Shown here piece by piece: positions 25,062 through 38,535 of a stretch of 64,000 bases of DNA. Numbering within the stretch: position 1 is the first letter of the stretch; each line of letters opens with the position of its first letter. The position numbers were made by a program, and so were the translations under genes. Below the pieces are notes generated by a model. That model did not search any database. It was not told the origin of the DNA and saw only the letters and a program-made list of their open reading frames with translations. The stretch comes from Octopus sinensis (lineage: Eukaryota): positions 9,114,001 to 9,178,000 of the forward strand of contig NC_043023.1 of NCBI RefSeq assembly GCF_006345805.1, read 5' to 3'.

Positions 25062-25106
25062 TGAACCTGAAGATTGCAGAATTTAATGCATGAAAGTACT
25101 AGTTCA
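25062..25106 (+). ncRNA. Minimal hammerhead motif in 5' pLTR of right PLE arm
   Basis: tgaac-CUGAAGA-u-tgca gaatttaa tgca-u-GAAA-gtac-UA-gttca; palindromic AGUACU stem III of the dimer-type PLE hammerheads. Confidence 0.8.
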
Positions 25107-26909
25107 ATCAGAATGAACATTTAATGTTCTATTATTTTATTTTATTATATTATATTATTTAATATTATATCATTATAAGATTGTAAATAAAACGTGAAAA
25201 TCAGACAAGGTTGGAATTCCTTTTATTAATATATTCTTCTATACACAATCACACACACCCGTATATATATATCTATATTCCTATTGTGTATATGCCAACA
25301 TGTCTGGAAAGCAACAAACAAAATTAACAGAATCAGAAAGAATTCTAATGGAAATTTCATCGAAATTATCAACACTCATCACGATGATTGACACACAATC
25401 CTCTATTCTAAAGGAAATAGAAAAACAGTCTTCAGGCGGAAAACTTGGAAATGAACATATAAACTCTGACATTAAGAATTTAGCTGAAATGATACCAACA
25501 AGAGAAAGCCTACCACAACCTCCTTGAATGTCAGAAATAAACGAAAGAAATCTGGAAAAAGAGGCACACCGAAAAAGAGAAGAGATACGGAAGACATGGA
25601 AAAAAACTCCTTAACATAAGAAAACAAAACTTGTGGAAGGCATATAAATGCGAAAAATATGCTGAAATACATTCGGAATGGATATCTTTAGCGGCACCCA
25701 TACTTCCTCGGAAGTACCTAATTAATGAAATTGCAGGAGAACCAGAGGAAGAAACAAAACATCGATGGGACCTTAGTTTGATAAAATTCAGGACCGACAT
25801 CTCCATTACCCTGTCTAAACAATTCCGCTACAAAGCCAAATACGAAGCTATCGATGATCAAATCAGAGACGAAATATCCAAACTAACGACCGGCAATATA
25901 GCAGAAAAAATGCGAGAACTATGGACCAGAGATATCTCAAAAGAAGAAAGCAGATCAAGAAAGTTTTGGCAGCGGAAACAATTATTTCTCGACAAATATG
26001 CTACAAATTACGGTAAAGTCACCAGAACTCTGAGAAATAGCATTAAAAGTGGACAACCTCACCAACGCAACATAGGCCAGAACACGTGGCAACATGAACA
26101 CCCGTTTCACCACGAATCGAAGACGAACTACGGTAAGAACTCTTCCCTTTTTGTATGCAAACACCCTAATGCACACAACATGAACAAAAAGCACAAACAA
26201 AATAGATATTCTTTTGATCAGACCATTAGCAGTAGAAATAACAGGAGATCATTTTCAAGACCTCAACAGAGATTACCCACAAGAAACTGGACAAAGAACC
26301 GATCTAGATCTGGAAGTAAACCCAGATCATTTCCCCAGGTGGTTAAAAACAATACTAACAAGAAAGTGAAAAATAATATAAATAATATACATAATACGAA
26401 AAGCAAGACAGAAAACATAACGAAACCAGGTAAAATACCACAACCAAAACGCAAAATTCATCAAGCAAACATCAACAGGAATATAAATCATAAACGGGAA
26501 AAAATCCATTTTTTACGTCAGGACAACAAACACCGGAGAAAGAAAAAATCCAAGAGGAAACATACCCAAGACAACTGAACGTATAGATCCTAAAATAATT
26601 AATTTATCAAAAAGAGATCTTGACAATGATGAAATCCAACTTCTGTCAAAAGGACTGAAATTCACACCTACACCAACAGCCAACCACCAAGAATTAAAGG
26701 AGGCTATCCAAAAATTCTGTCGAAAATTACGACTTGTAGAATTCTTCGCTAACAAAAGTAATGAGATTGATGAATCCCTAGTAAGGAATAAATCAAATTT
26801 CACCCCACCAAAAGGAAGAAATAACTATTTTGACCAATACATTGATATCCTGTCTAAATTTCCCCTTAGACGCAATACCAATGTTAGGCCAAACATTAAC
26901 AAATCAGAG

Positions 26910-28139
26910 ATGTCTGCTTGTAAACGTATACAAAACGATCAAACAATAATAATAAAACAAGCAGATAAAGGTGGTGCAATTGTTATTATGGATACCGAAT
27001 ACTATAAGGAATTGGTTGAGGACCAACTGAAGGACACAACCTTCTATTGTGAAATACCCTCAAATATAGACCACCACATCATGAAAAAGATCAACAACCT
27101 GATTCCAAAACACTACAACTCACTTACCGATAATGAAAGAGACTACATCACCAATTTTGAACCAAAACCCAGCAACTTCTACGGCTTACCGAAAATACAT
27201 AAATCAAAAGATATTAAACAGGCAGTAAAAGAACAAGAAAGTGAGTACATAAAATTACTACATCCAAAAGACCTAAAACTTAGACCTATTATAGCTGGTC
27301 CAGTATGCCCTACCCACCGTCTAAGCAATTTTATTGACATTGTTTTGAAACCACTATGTACTTACATACCCAGTTTTATCAGGGATGACATCGACTTCCT
27401 GTCCCATCTTCCCAAAACAACAGAAACAAATTCAGTTTTACTAAGTTTTGATGTGGTAAGCCTCTACACCAATATTCCACACGATTTAGGAATAAAGGCG
27501 ATTAAATACTGGTTAGAAAAACATAGAGAAGTGATTCCCAGCAGATTCACAGTGTCATTTATATTAGACACAGTCAAACTTATTCTAGAAAACAACACGT
27601 TCTTCTTCAATGGAAAGAATTACATCCAAATTAGAGGCACGGCGATGGGAACGAAGTTTGCTCCCGTTTACGCCAACTCTGTAATTGGATACTTAGAACA
27701 ACAACTCTACCAAGAGGTGGAGGTAAACTATGGCACTGGATTTAGAAAGTATATTGAAAAGGCATGGAAGAGATACCTTGACGACTGCTGCATAATCTGG
27801 ACAGAATCTCTAAATACTCTGGAAGAGTTCAATATCCTCCTGAACAACCTACACCCATCTCTCCAATTTACAAAGGAGATGAGTAGTACCAAATTACCAT
27901 TCATAGATATAATGGTAATTAAAAAGGACACCACAATCACCACAGATATATACTATAAACACACAGACACACATCAATACCTAAATTTTAAGTCGTGCTA
28001 TCCACCACATACAAAACGCAACATCCCATACTGCCTAGCCAGAAGAATTTGTACCATTGTAGAAGATGCAAATATCAGGAACAAACGCCTAACAGAACAA
28101 AGAGAAATTTTGCTCAAAAATACCCATACAACAACTTAG
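26910..28139 (+). CDS. PLE reverse transcriptase (frameshifted at C-terminus by a ~50-bp deletion)
   Basis: ORF track; PLE RT motifs ADKG, KIHK, DVVSLYTNI, GTAMG, YLDD, PFIDI. Confidence 0.85.
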   Translation: MSACKRIQNDQTIIIKQADKGGAIVIMDTEYYKELVEDQLKDTTFYCEIPSNIDHHIMKKINNLIPKHYNSLTDNERDYITNFEPKPSNFYGLPKIHKSKDIKQAVKEQESEYIKLLHPKDLKLRPIIAGPVCPTHRLSNFIDIVLKPLCTYIPSFIRDDIDFLSHLPKTTETNSVLLSFDVVSLYTNIPHDLGIKAIKYWLEKHREVIPSRFTVSFILDTVKLILENNTFFFNGKNYIQIRGTAMGTKFAPVYANSVIGYLEQQLYQEVEVNYGTGFRKYIEKAWKRYLDDCCIIWTESLNTLEEFNILLNNLHPSLQFTKEMSSTKLPFIDIMVIKKDTTITTDIYYKHTDTHQYLNFKSCYPPHTKRNIPYCLARRICTIVEDANIRNKRLTEQREILLKNTHTTT

Positions 28140-29238
28140 GACAACCCAAGGAAGAGGAAAACAAGAACAAGTCATACCATTCATAGTGACACACAACCCA
28201 TGTCACCAGAATATCTTCAACATTGCCAAAGCAAACCTACCAATCATTGCTCAAAGTAATGAATTAAAAGATATAATCACGGATCGAGCTATGGTTCTTA
28301 GTAAAAGACAGCCTAAAAACTTGAAAAAAATTACTAACAAAGGCAAAATTTGACCTTAGCAACAAAGACCAAACATTCACTGTATCTAAATGCAATAATA
28401 GCCGATGTAGCACATGCCAATTCATACATACCGGCCAATATATAAACACAAAAACGCGAATATGAACTGCAAAAGCAGAAATTTAATTTACTGCATCAAA
28501 TGCCCAAATTGTGAAGAAATATATGTAGGTCAGACGGGAAATGCACTATCAGAACGCTCACGTGTACACCGACAACAGATTAGAGACCCAGAGCTCCGTC
28601 AGATACCTTTGAGTAACCACCTAGCAACATGTGGTCGGAAAATATATATAATATTTCCATTCTACAAATTACACAGCCCAAGTGAAATCGAGAGGAAAAT
28701 CAGAGAAAAGAATTTTATTGATAAATTCGAACCCAAGCTAAATAAGCAGTAATAATAATACTTAGAGGTACTACTTCTACTGCTACGACCATGACCACTA
28801 ACAACAACAACAATACTAAAGGTGATCAAGATGAAGATAGCAGGAAAATTATCTTATTTAGGGTTAAAAGTTCTATTACCACCACCATCACCACTAGCAA
28901 CAATAATTAAGGTGCTGACGAAGATGATGATGACAATTGAAATATAGAAATCCCTGACAAAGGCTATTTACAACATTTCTAAAAATAGCCCAACAATTGC
29001 TGCCTCGGCCAGGGTTAAGATACAGGACTCTTGACATGTTCAACAAAGCGTGACGCCTAAACCAATCAGCTCAACCAACCAATCAGCTTAAGTAATTGAG
29101 TGATACTACACACTGATTGGTCAGAATACAGTTTGCAAAACCTAGCAATCTGGAGCCTACACAGCTGTATTTAAGGCACAGATTTAATCATCTCGTTACA
29201 GTAAAAAATTGTGAAGCATGACTGTCACCACTACTACA

Positions 29239-29283
29239 TGAACCTGAAGATTGCAGAATTTAATGCATGAAAGTACTAGTTCA
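29239..29283 (+). ncRNA. Hammerhead motif in 3' pLTR of right PLE arm
   Basis: Identical to 25062-25106. Confidence 0.8.
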
Positions 29284-29417
29284 ATCAGAATGAACATTTA
29301 ACATTCTATTATTTTATTTTATTATATCATTATAAGATTGTAAATAAAACGTGAAAATCAGACAAGGTTGGAATTCCTTTTATTAATATATTCTTCTATG
29401 CACAATCACACACACCC

Positions 29418-29571
<154 letters not shown>

Positions 29572-29774
29572 ATCTATATATATATATATATATATAATAA
29601 TAAATATTAGGGAATAAATCCAAATTTACCGGGAAAAAAACAGATTTAGGATTAAATCCAATTTTATAGTAAAATATTATATAATATTAATTAGTGACAA
29701 AACCACTATTTTGCAAAACAAACAAGGAAAGACTTAATCAATACATAAAATTTTAATAAAGAGTAAAAAAACCG

Positions 29775-29817
29775 CCACTACCATTGTTTCATGTCCTGAT
29801 CGACAATCTTCAGGTGG
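29775..29817 (-). ncRNA. Type-I hammerhead motif (left arm of 29684-32947 fold-back)
   Basis: Reverse complement of 32816-32858. Confidence 0.75.
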
Positions 29818-32815
29818 ATTTCCAATCTAAAATATCAATATTTTAAAATATAAGTATAAAAAATTATAATTTTAAAATAATTAAAGTATCAATGAAAAAA
29901 TATAAATATATAATCTATATATAACCTATATATAATCCATATATAATCAATATATAAACTAAAATAAACCTATCAACAATTAAATATAAAACAAAATAAA
30001 AATAAACTATATATACACCCAAACACATATAACTAATTATATATAACCATATCTAAATACATACACTAAATCACACACCTATATATATATATCCCTATAC
30101 ATACACATAAAAACGTCTAGGCAACGATAAATGAATAAAATAGCCAAATACTTCAACACAATACTTATTCATACTCCCTCACACACACATACAACCCACA
30201 TTCATAAACAATATACGTATACCCGCTCACACATACATATACAAACATACAGAACTCGATATATACACCAATATATTCACACCCACAACTATACAGATAA
30301 ATAAATTACGCAAATAATCCCCCCACACACACACCCATTCACACATACATAAACACTCAAAAGCAAAATAAATAATTATTTGCACGTGGTGATCGAACGT
30401 TTTTTTTTTAAATTATAAATGGAATAATATATAATCAACTTAAATATACAGAATCTACTACAAAACACCAATAAACCATCATGATAAATTAAACCCACAT
30501 ACATATTATGATAAAACTCCCCTAACCATACACAATTACACCTATATAGCAATCCCATATACACATTCACACAGAAATATACATACGTAAAACACACACA
30601 CACACAACATATACGTATACCCCCTCACATATACATATACATACTTACTAAACTCGATATATACAACAATATTTTCACACCCACACTCATACAGATAAAT
30701 AAATTACACAACTAAAATACGCACACACACACACATTCCCACATACATAAACACTCAAAAGAAAAACAACATTACTACTCATAATAAGATATATAAAATA
30801 CTTCATAAGTAACCAGAATATCAAAAGTAACAAGATTAACATAATGAGAAAAAATATACATACTTTCAAGTCAGTTTCAAATTATGAAGTGAAATTAAAT
30901 TCTAGGCGTTAAAAACGTCAAACAAAATTACGTTACCATAGGAACCTAACATATGTATAAAAAGTATTTCCGCTCTGGAAACGAACATCATTTAAAATTA
31001 TGAATGGAGAAATGGAATAAATGGAATTAAAAATTATATTCACGTGGTAAACGAACATTACTTAAAAATTATGAATGAAATAATGTAATAAAATAACAAA
31101 CATCGTAAAAAGACATAAATTACTTCGAATTCTTTAATAAAACTACCATGATAAACTAAAACTCATAAAAACATATAATGATAAAACCTCCCTTTACTAA
31201 ACTCTATAACATACCTATATAGGATTGCGCCTATTTTTGGGGATGTATGTGTTTATTTGTCTGTATGGGGTGGGAGTGGGTTTTTGGTGTATATATTGAG
31301 GTTTATACGTATGTATAGGTATGTGTGAGTGAGGTGGGTATTTGTATATGTCGTGGGTGTGTGGTTTACGTGTGTGTATTTGTGTGTGAATGTATAGGTT
31401 AGGGGGATTGCTATATAGGTATGTTATAGAGTTTAGTAAAGGGAGGTTTTATCATTATATGTTTTTATGAGTTTTAGTTTATCATGGTAGTTTTATTAAA
31501 GAATTCGTAGTAATTTATGTCTATTTACGATGTTTGTTATTTTATTACATTATTTCATTCATAATTTTTAAGTAATGTTCGTTTACCACGTGAATATAAT
31601 TTTTAATTCCATTTATTCCATTTCTCCATTCATAATTTTAAATGATGTTCGTTTCCAGAGCGGGAATACTTTTTATACATATGTTAGGTTCCTATGGTAA
31701 CGTAATTTTGTTTGACGTTTTTAACGGCTAGAATTTAATTTCACTTCATAATTTGAAACTGACTTGAAAGTATGTATATTTTTTCTCATTATGTTAATCT
31801 TGTTACTTTTGATATTCTGGTTACTTATGAAGTATTTTATATATCGTATTATGTGTAGTAATGTTGTTTTTCTTTTGAGTGTTTATGTATGTGGGAATGT
31901 GTGTGTGTGTGCGTATTTTAGTTGTGTAATTTATTTATCTGTATGCGTGTGGGTGTGAAAATATTGTTGTATATATCGAGTTTAGTAAGTATGTATATGT
32001 ATATGTGAGGGGGTATACGTATATGTTGTGTGTGTGTGTTTTACGTATGTATATTTGTGTGTGAATGTGTATATGGGATTGCTATATAGGTGTAATTGTG
32101 TATGGTAAGGGGAGTTTTATCATAATATGTATGTGGGTTTAATTTATCATGATGGTTTATTGGTGTTTTGTAGTAGATTCTGTATATTTAAGTTGATTAT
32201 ATATTATTCCATTTATAATTTAAAAAAAAAACGTTCGATCACCACGTGCAAAGAATTATTTATTTTGCTTTTGAGTGTTTATGTATGTGTGAATGGGTGT
32301 GTGTGTGTGTGGGGGGATTATTTGCGTAATTTATTTATCTGTATAGTTGTGGGTGTGAATATATTGGTGTATATATCGAGTTCTGTATGTTTGTATATGT
32401 ATGTGTGAGCGGGTATACGTATATTGTTTATGAATGTGGGTTGTATGTGTGTGTGAGGGAGTATGAATAAGTATTGTGTTGAAGTATTTGGCTATTTTAT
32501 TTATTTATCGTTGCCTAGACGTTTTTATGTGTATGTATAGGGATATATATATAGGTGTGTGATTTAGTGTATGTATTTAGATATGGTTATATATAATTAG
32601 TTATATGTGTTTGGGTGTATATATAGTTTATTTTTATTTTGTTTTATATTTAATTGTTGATAGGTTTATTTTAGTTTATATATTGATTATATATGGATTA
32701 TATATAGGTTATATATAGATTATATATTTATATTATTTCATTGATACTTTAATTATTTTAAAATTATTATTTTTTATACTTATATTTAAAAATATTGATA
32801 TTTTAGATTGGAAAT

Positions 32816-32858
32816 CCACCTGAAGATTGTCGATCAGGACATGAAACAATGGTAGTGG
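32816..32858 (+). ncRNA. Type-I hammerhead motif
   Basis: ccac-CUGAAGA-u-tgtc gatcag gaca-u-GAAA-caatgg-UA-gtgg; GUA triplet. Confidence 0.75.
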
Positions 32859-32942
32859 CGGTTTTTTTACTCTTTATTAAAATTTTATGTATTGATTAAG
32901 TCTTTCCTTGTTTGTTTTGCAAAATAGTGGTTTTGTCTCTAA

Positions 32943-33011
<69 letters not shown>

Positions 33012-33030
33012 CATACATATATATATATAT

Positions 33031-33127
<97 letters not shown>

Positions 33128-33129
<2 letters not shown>

Positions 33130-33298
33130 CGCAGGAGTGGCTGTGTGGTAAGTAGCTTGCTAACCAACCACATGATTCCGGGTTCAGTCCCACTGCGTGG
33201 CACCTTGGGCAAGTGTCTTCTGCTATAGCCCCGGGCCGACCAAAGCCGTGTGAGTGGATTTGGTAGACGGAAACTGAAAAAACCTCTCGTATATATGT

Positions 33299-33334
<36 letters not shown>

Positions 33335-33550
33335 AAGTGTTTGAGTGTCCGTGTTTGTACCCTAGCATTGCTTGACAACCGATGCTCGTGTGTTTATGTC
33401 ACCGTCGCCTAGCGGTTCAGCAATATAGACCGATAGAATAAGTACTGGGCTTACAAAAGAATAAGTTCCGGGGTCGATTTGCTCGACTAAAGGCGGTGTT
33501 CCAGCATGGCCGCAGTCAAATGACTTAAACAAGTAAAAGAGAAAAGAGAA
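33128..33550 (+). mobile_element. SINE family B
   Basis: ggcgcaggagtggctgtgtggtaag...gggttcagtcccactgcg tRNA-like head. Confidence 0.88.
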
Positions 33551-33705
<155 letters not shown>

Positions 33706-34105
33706 TCCATAGAGACAGAAAGAGAGAGAGAGAGACAGACAGAAAGACAGATAGATAGATAGATAGATAGAGAGAGAGCCCAACACAGAGAGACAGACGG
33801 AGTGTGAGAGAGAGAAAGAAAGTCGGAATTATCTCATCCTCTCTCCCATGAGTTAAGTCTTCGACTTGCGCTACCCACTCTGCTGTTTGCCGGAATTTTG
33901 TTTGCAACCATCAACTTGCATCTGACATAAGACACCTGCATCAATTACTTAAATATGTAGCAAACACTTGAGAAGTTCCGTTTTAAACAGCAATATATGT
34001 ACAACGGTTCCAGGAGTGAACTACTTGACAACAAAACCACTTGGAAAACAGTAGTTAAGTAGACATTTAATATAGAAAGTTAGAGAGATAGACGAACAGG
34101 CAGGC

Positions 34106-34138
<33 letters not shown>

Positions 34139-34141
34139 TAT

Positions 34142-34372
34142 ATACAAAATTGAAAGAACCGACCACTAAAAGTGGACGGTCAATATGCTAGATATAGACG
34201 TCAAAATCGCTATTTTCCTCGAAGAATGTGTTCTCAAGTAAAAACTCATCACAAACCAAAGTGTAAAAAATAAGCAAGACAAATGAAGATATACGAAATA
34301 ATAACAATTTTGACGTCTATATCTAGCATATTGACCGTCCACTTTTAGTGGTCAGTCCTTTAAATTTTGTAT
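34142..34372. repeat. Inverted duplication: 66-bp arms, 99-bp spacer
   Basis: 34142-34207 versus 34307-34372. Confidence 0.85.
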
Positions 34373-34495
34373 GTAAAAATATTTTAATCGACGGATTTCT
34401 TTAATATACTAGGCGACTGGTTTTAATTGATTAATATCAATTTCTACCCTTATTCAATTTTATAAATATATATATATATATATTTATACCTATTT

Positions 34496-34907
<412 letters not shown>

Positions 34908-34936
34908 GTTTCTATGTTGAATGTCTACTATATATA

Positions 34937-35245
34937 CAGAGCTTACGATCGTGAGGTTGTGAGTTCGATTCCTGGACCGGGCTGCGTGTTGTGCTATTGA
35001 GCAAGACACCTTATTTCACGTTGCTCCAGTTCACTCAGCTGTAGAAATCAGTTGCGATGTCACAGGTGCCAAGCTGTATCGGCCCCTTTGCCCATCCCTT
35101 CGATAACATCGCTGGCGTGTAGAGGGGAGCCTGGAATGAATGGGTTGCTGCTTGTCTTCTATAAACAACCTTGCCCGGACTTGTGCCCTGGTGGGTAACT
35201 TTCTAGGTGCAATACCATGGTCATTCATGATAGAAAAGCGCCACC
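34937..35245 (+). mobile_element. SINE family D
   Basis: Matches 39432-39775. Confidence 0.82.
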
Positions 35246-35261
35246 TTATATATATATATAA

Positions 35262-35374
<113 letters not shown>

Positions 35375-35391
35375 ATATACATACATATATA

Positions 35392-35558
35392 GGCGTAGGA
35401 GTGGCTGTGTGGTAAGTAGCTCGCTTACGAACCACATGGTTCAGGGTTCAGTCCCACTGCGTGACACATTGGGTTAGTGTCTTCTACTATAGCCTCGGGC
35501 CGACCAATGCCTTGTGAGTGGATTTGGTAGACGGAAACTGAAAGAAGCCCGTCGTATA

Positions 35559-35640
<82 letters not shown>

Positions 35641-35837
35641 CGTGTTTGTCTGTGTTTGTCCCCCCAACATCGCTTGACAACCGTAACTTAGCGGTTCGGC
35701 AAAAAAGCGACACATAAAATAAGTACTAGGCTTACAAAGAATAAGTCCTGGGGTCGATTTGATCGACTAAATGCGGTGCTCCAGCATGGCCACGGTCACA
35801 TGACTGAAACACGTAAAAGAGTAAAAGAGTAAAGAGT
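35392..35837 (+). mobile_element. SINE family B
   Basis: Same head and body as 33128. Confidence 0.88.
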
Positions 35838-36117
35838 ACACACACACACATATATATATATACATATATAGGTATATATGTGTGTGTGTAAAAATTTATA
35901 TGTATGTATGTCTCTCTCTCTCTCTCTCTCTCTTTCTATACATGCATACATACATACATATCTCCTCTCATAAGCTCGTCCTCCTAGCGTTCATGATAAT
36001 TTTTCTATCACCTTGACTTAACAGACCCTCGAACGAGGAGTAGATGAAACAGGGACGACCGATAAAGGCAAAAGAATTTTTCGATAGTATCTGCGCTCAA
36101 CTCCATTTATTTCCTTA

Positions 36118-36503
36118 CTAGCAGTATCGCCCGGCGTTGCTCAGGTTTGTAAGGGAAATAACTATAAAGCATTTTTAGAGAGTTATAGCCAAAAAATAGC
36201 AAAAAAATGGAAAAAAATGATGGTAAATTTTTTTTTGAGAGTTAAAAAAGGATGGAGTTGCATCCCCTAGACAGTTTGTGGTTCGTGTTTCTGATTCTCG
36301 ACCCCATGTCGAATTTGTCGATTTTTTTCAGAACTGGGGAAACTTTTCAAAATTTTGGCTGCGTTAGTTTTGAATTATGACATTGGGCTATGTGTGTGTC
36401 AAGTTTCATCAGAATCGGTTGAAAGCCGTGGTCAGGGTGACGGTACAAGCAAACAGACACACAGAAACACGCACAGACAAACTGCCGTTTATATATAGAG
36501 AGA
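36118..36503 (-). mobile_element. Non-autonomous Helitron
   Basis: Reverse strand reads A|TC...cccg-like hairpin...CTAG|T; 3' ~110 bp shared with the copies at 36724 and 50526. Confidence 0.78.
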
Positions 36504-36651
36504 TACTACACAAATTACTGCACATTAAGCCGGAGTTCCTACCTTTGAATAGGTCGCTACATCCTTGTTACTTGCGTGAATTTTGCTACCCTGGTAACTG
36601 TTTATTGAATTTTCCGTGTTAGCGGTAAACAAAGGATAATTCATTCATCCA

Positions 36652-36723
<72 letters not shown>

Positions 36724-36727
<4 letters not shown>

Positions 36728-37018
36728 TATATATAAAAGAGAGGTTGTGTGTCTGTCTCCTACGATTTAGATTCCTAACTACTCCCACATTTTGCGGTGC
36801 AGTTTAACTAAAAGCGGGTATCTTATAGTCGTGATTCATATCGAGACCTTCTGGGTATTAGCGCGCGTCTACAATGAGTCTACGATTTAAAAAAATTTAC
36901 CATAATTTGTTTTCCATTTTAATGCATTTTTTTTGCTATTTTTTGGCTATAACTCTCTAAAAATGCTTACATAGTTATTTCCCTTACAAGCCCGAGCAAC
37001 GCCGGGCGATACTGCTAG
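36724..37018 (+). mobile_element. Non-autonomous Helitron
   Basis: 3' cccgagcaacgccggg hairpin, then CTAG|T; body shared with 50526-50921. Confidence 0.8.
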
Positions 37019-37019
37019 T

Positions 37020-37077
<58 letters not shown>

Positions 37078-37238
37078 AATACGGTATTTAAAAAGGCTCT
37101 GTGGTGGTTAGAATGGACATTGATTTAATTCAGATATTCATTAAACTTGTTGTGTGGGGAATATATAAGGGAGAGGTTATATCTAAATTTGATGGATTAT
37201 TTGTCCTTCTTTAAGGAGGAAATACATAAACATATCTG

Positions 37239-37242
<4 letters not shown>

Positions 37243-37272
<30 letters not shown>

Positions 37273-37610
37273 TGTATGTATGTATGTATGTATGTATGTA
37301 TGTATGTATGTGTGCATGAATGTACGTATGTATGTATGTATGTACGTATGTATGTATGCATTTATGTATGTATGTATGTATGTATGTATGTATGTATGTA
37401 TGTATCTATGTATGTATGTATGTTTGTGTGTATGTATGTATGTATGCATGTATGTTTGTATGTATGTATGCATGTATGTATGTATGTATGTATGTATGCA
37501 TGTATGCATGTATCTATATATGTATATTTGCATGTATGTATACATCCATGCTTGTATGTATGTATGTATGTTGGTATGTATGTATGTATGCATGGATGCA
37601 TGTATACATG

Positions 37611-37644
<34 letters not shown>

Positions 37645-37665
37645 TGTATGCATGTATGTATGTAG
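37243..37665. repeat. (TATG)n microsatellite
   Basis: Directly visible. Confidence 0.97.
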
Positions 37666-37821
37666 GTATGTCACTGTCACTCCATTATTCAAATCATTCA
37701 TGTGCCATACCTTATCGTTCATCTATGCTCTTCCAGCGGTTATACGTATGCATAGTCTACAAATGGTTTGTTGTTCAAATTTAAACTTGCTAAGTAGATG
37801 GCACTCCATTCACTTATATTC

Positions 37822-38026
37822 CGCCGGGCGAAATGCGTAGCCGTATTTCGTCTGTCGTTACGTTCCGAGTTCAAATTCCGCCGAGGTCGACTTTGCCTTT
37901 CATCCTGTCGGGGTCGATAAATAAAGTACCAGTCACGGCACTGGGGTCGATGTAATCGACTTAATCCGTTTTTCTGTCCTTGTTTGTCCCCTCTGTGCTT
38001 AGACCCTTGTGGGTAGTAAAGAAATA
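37822..38026 (+). mobile_element. SINE family A, 5'-truncated
   Basis: Matches the family A body. Confidence 0.85.
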
Positions 38027-38150
38027 TATATTTACGTGTAGTATATGTGTTGTTTACTGTTTAAGGTCCACTCAAGAAAATCCGCTCCCTGTTCAAAATA
38101 TTTGCTTAGACAATCGTTGGAAATGTCTTCACTACTATACTTGCACTCAC

Positions 38151-38535
38151 GTGGTGGCGCAATGGCCCAGTGGTTAGGGCAGCGGACTCGCGGTCATAGG
38201 TTCGCGGTTTCGATTCCCAGACCAGGCATTGTGAGTGTTTATTGAGCGAAAACACCTAAAAGCTCCACGAGGCTCCGGCAGGGGATGGTGGTGATACCTG
38301 CTGTACTCTTTCACCACAACTTTCTCTTACTCTTACTTCCTGTTTCTGTTGTACCTGTATTTCAAAGGGCCGGCCTTGTCACTCTCTGTGTCACGCTGAA
38401 TATCCCCGAGAACTACGTTAAGGGTACACGTGTCTGTGGAGTGCTCAGCCACTTACACGTTAATTTCACAAGCAGGCTGTTCCGTTGATTCGGATCAAGC
38501 GGAACCCTCATCGTCGTAACCGACGGAGTGCTTCC
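38151..38535 (+). mobile_element. tRNA-Arg-like SINE (family C1)
   Basis: tggcccagtggttagggcagcggactcgcgg head (TCG anticodon-like loop); 12-bp TSD acttgcactcac. Confidence 0.9.

Larger units (their letters stand above)
29684..32947. repeat. Inverted duplication: ~1.54-kb arms 29684-31222 and 31411-32947, 188-bp spacer
   Basis: Near-perfect reverse complement of an ORF-less CA/TG-rich element; the left arm extends further to ~29600, and that extension resembles 12140-12270. Confidence 0.93.

Noticed and set aside
28911-28950. ctgacga...gaaa in the PLE 3' UTR
   Set aside because: Stem II does not pair and there is no NUH or stem I.
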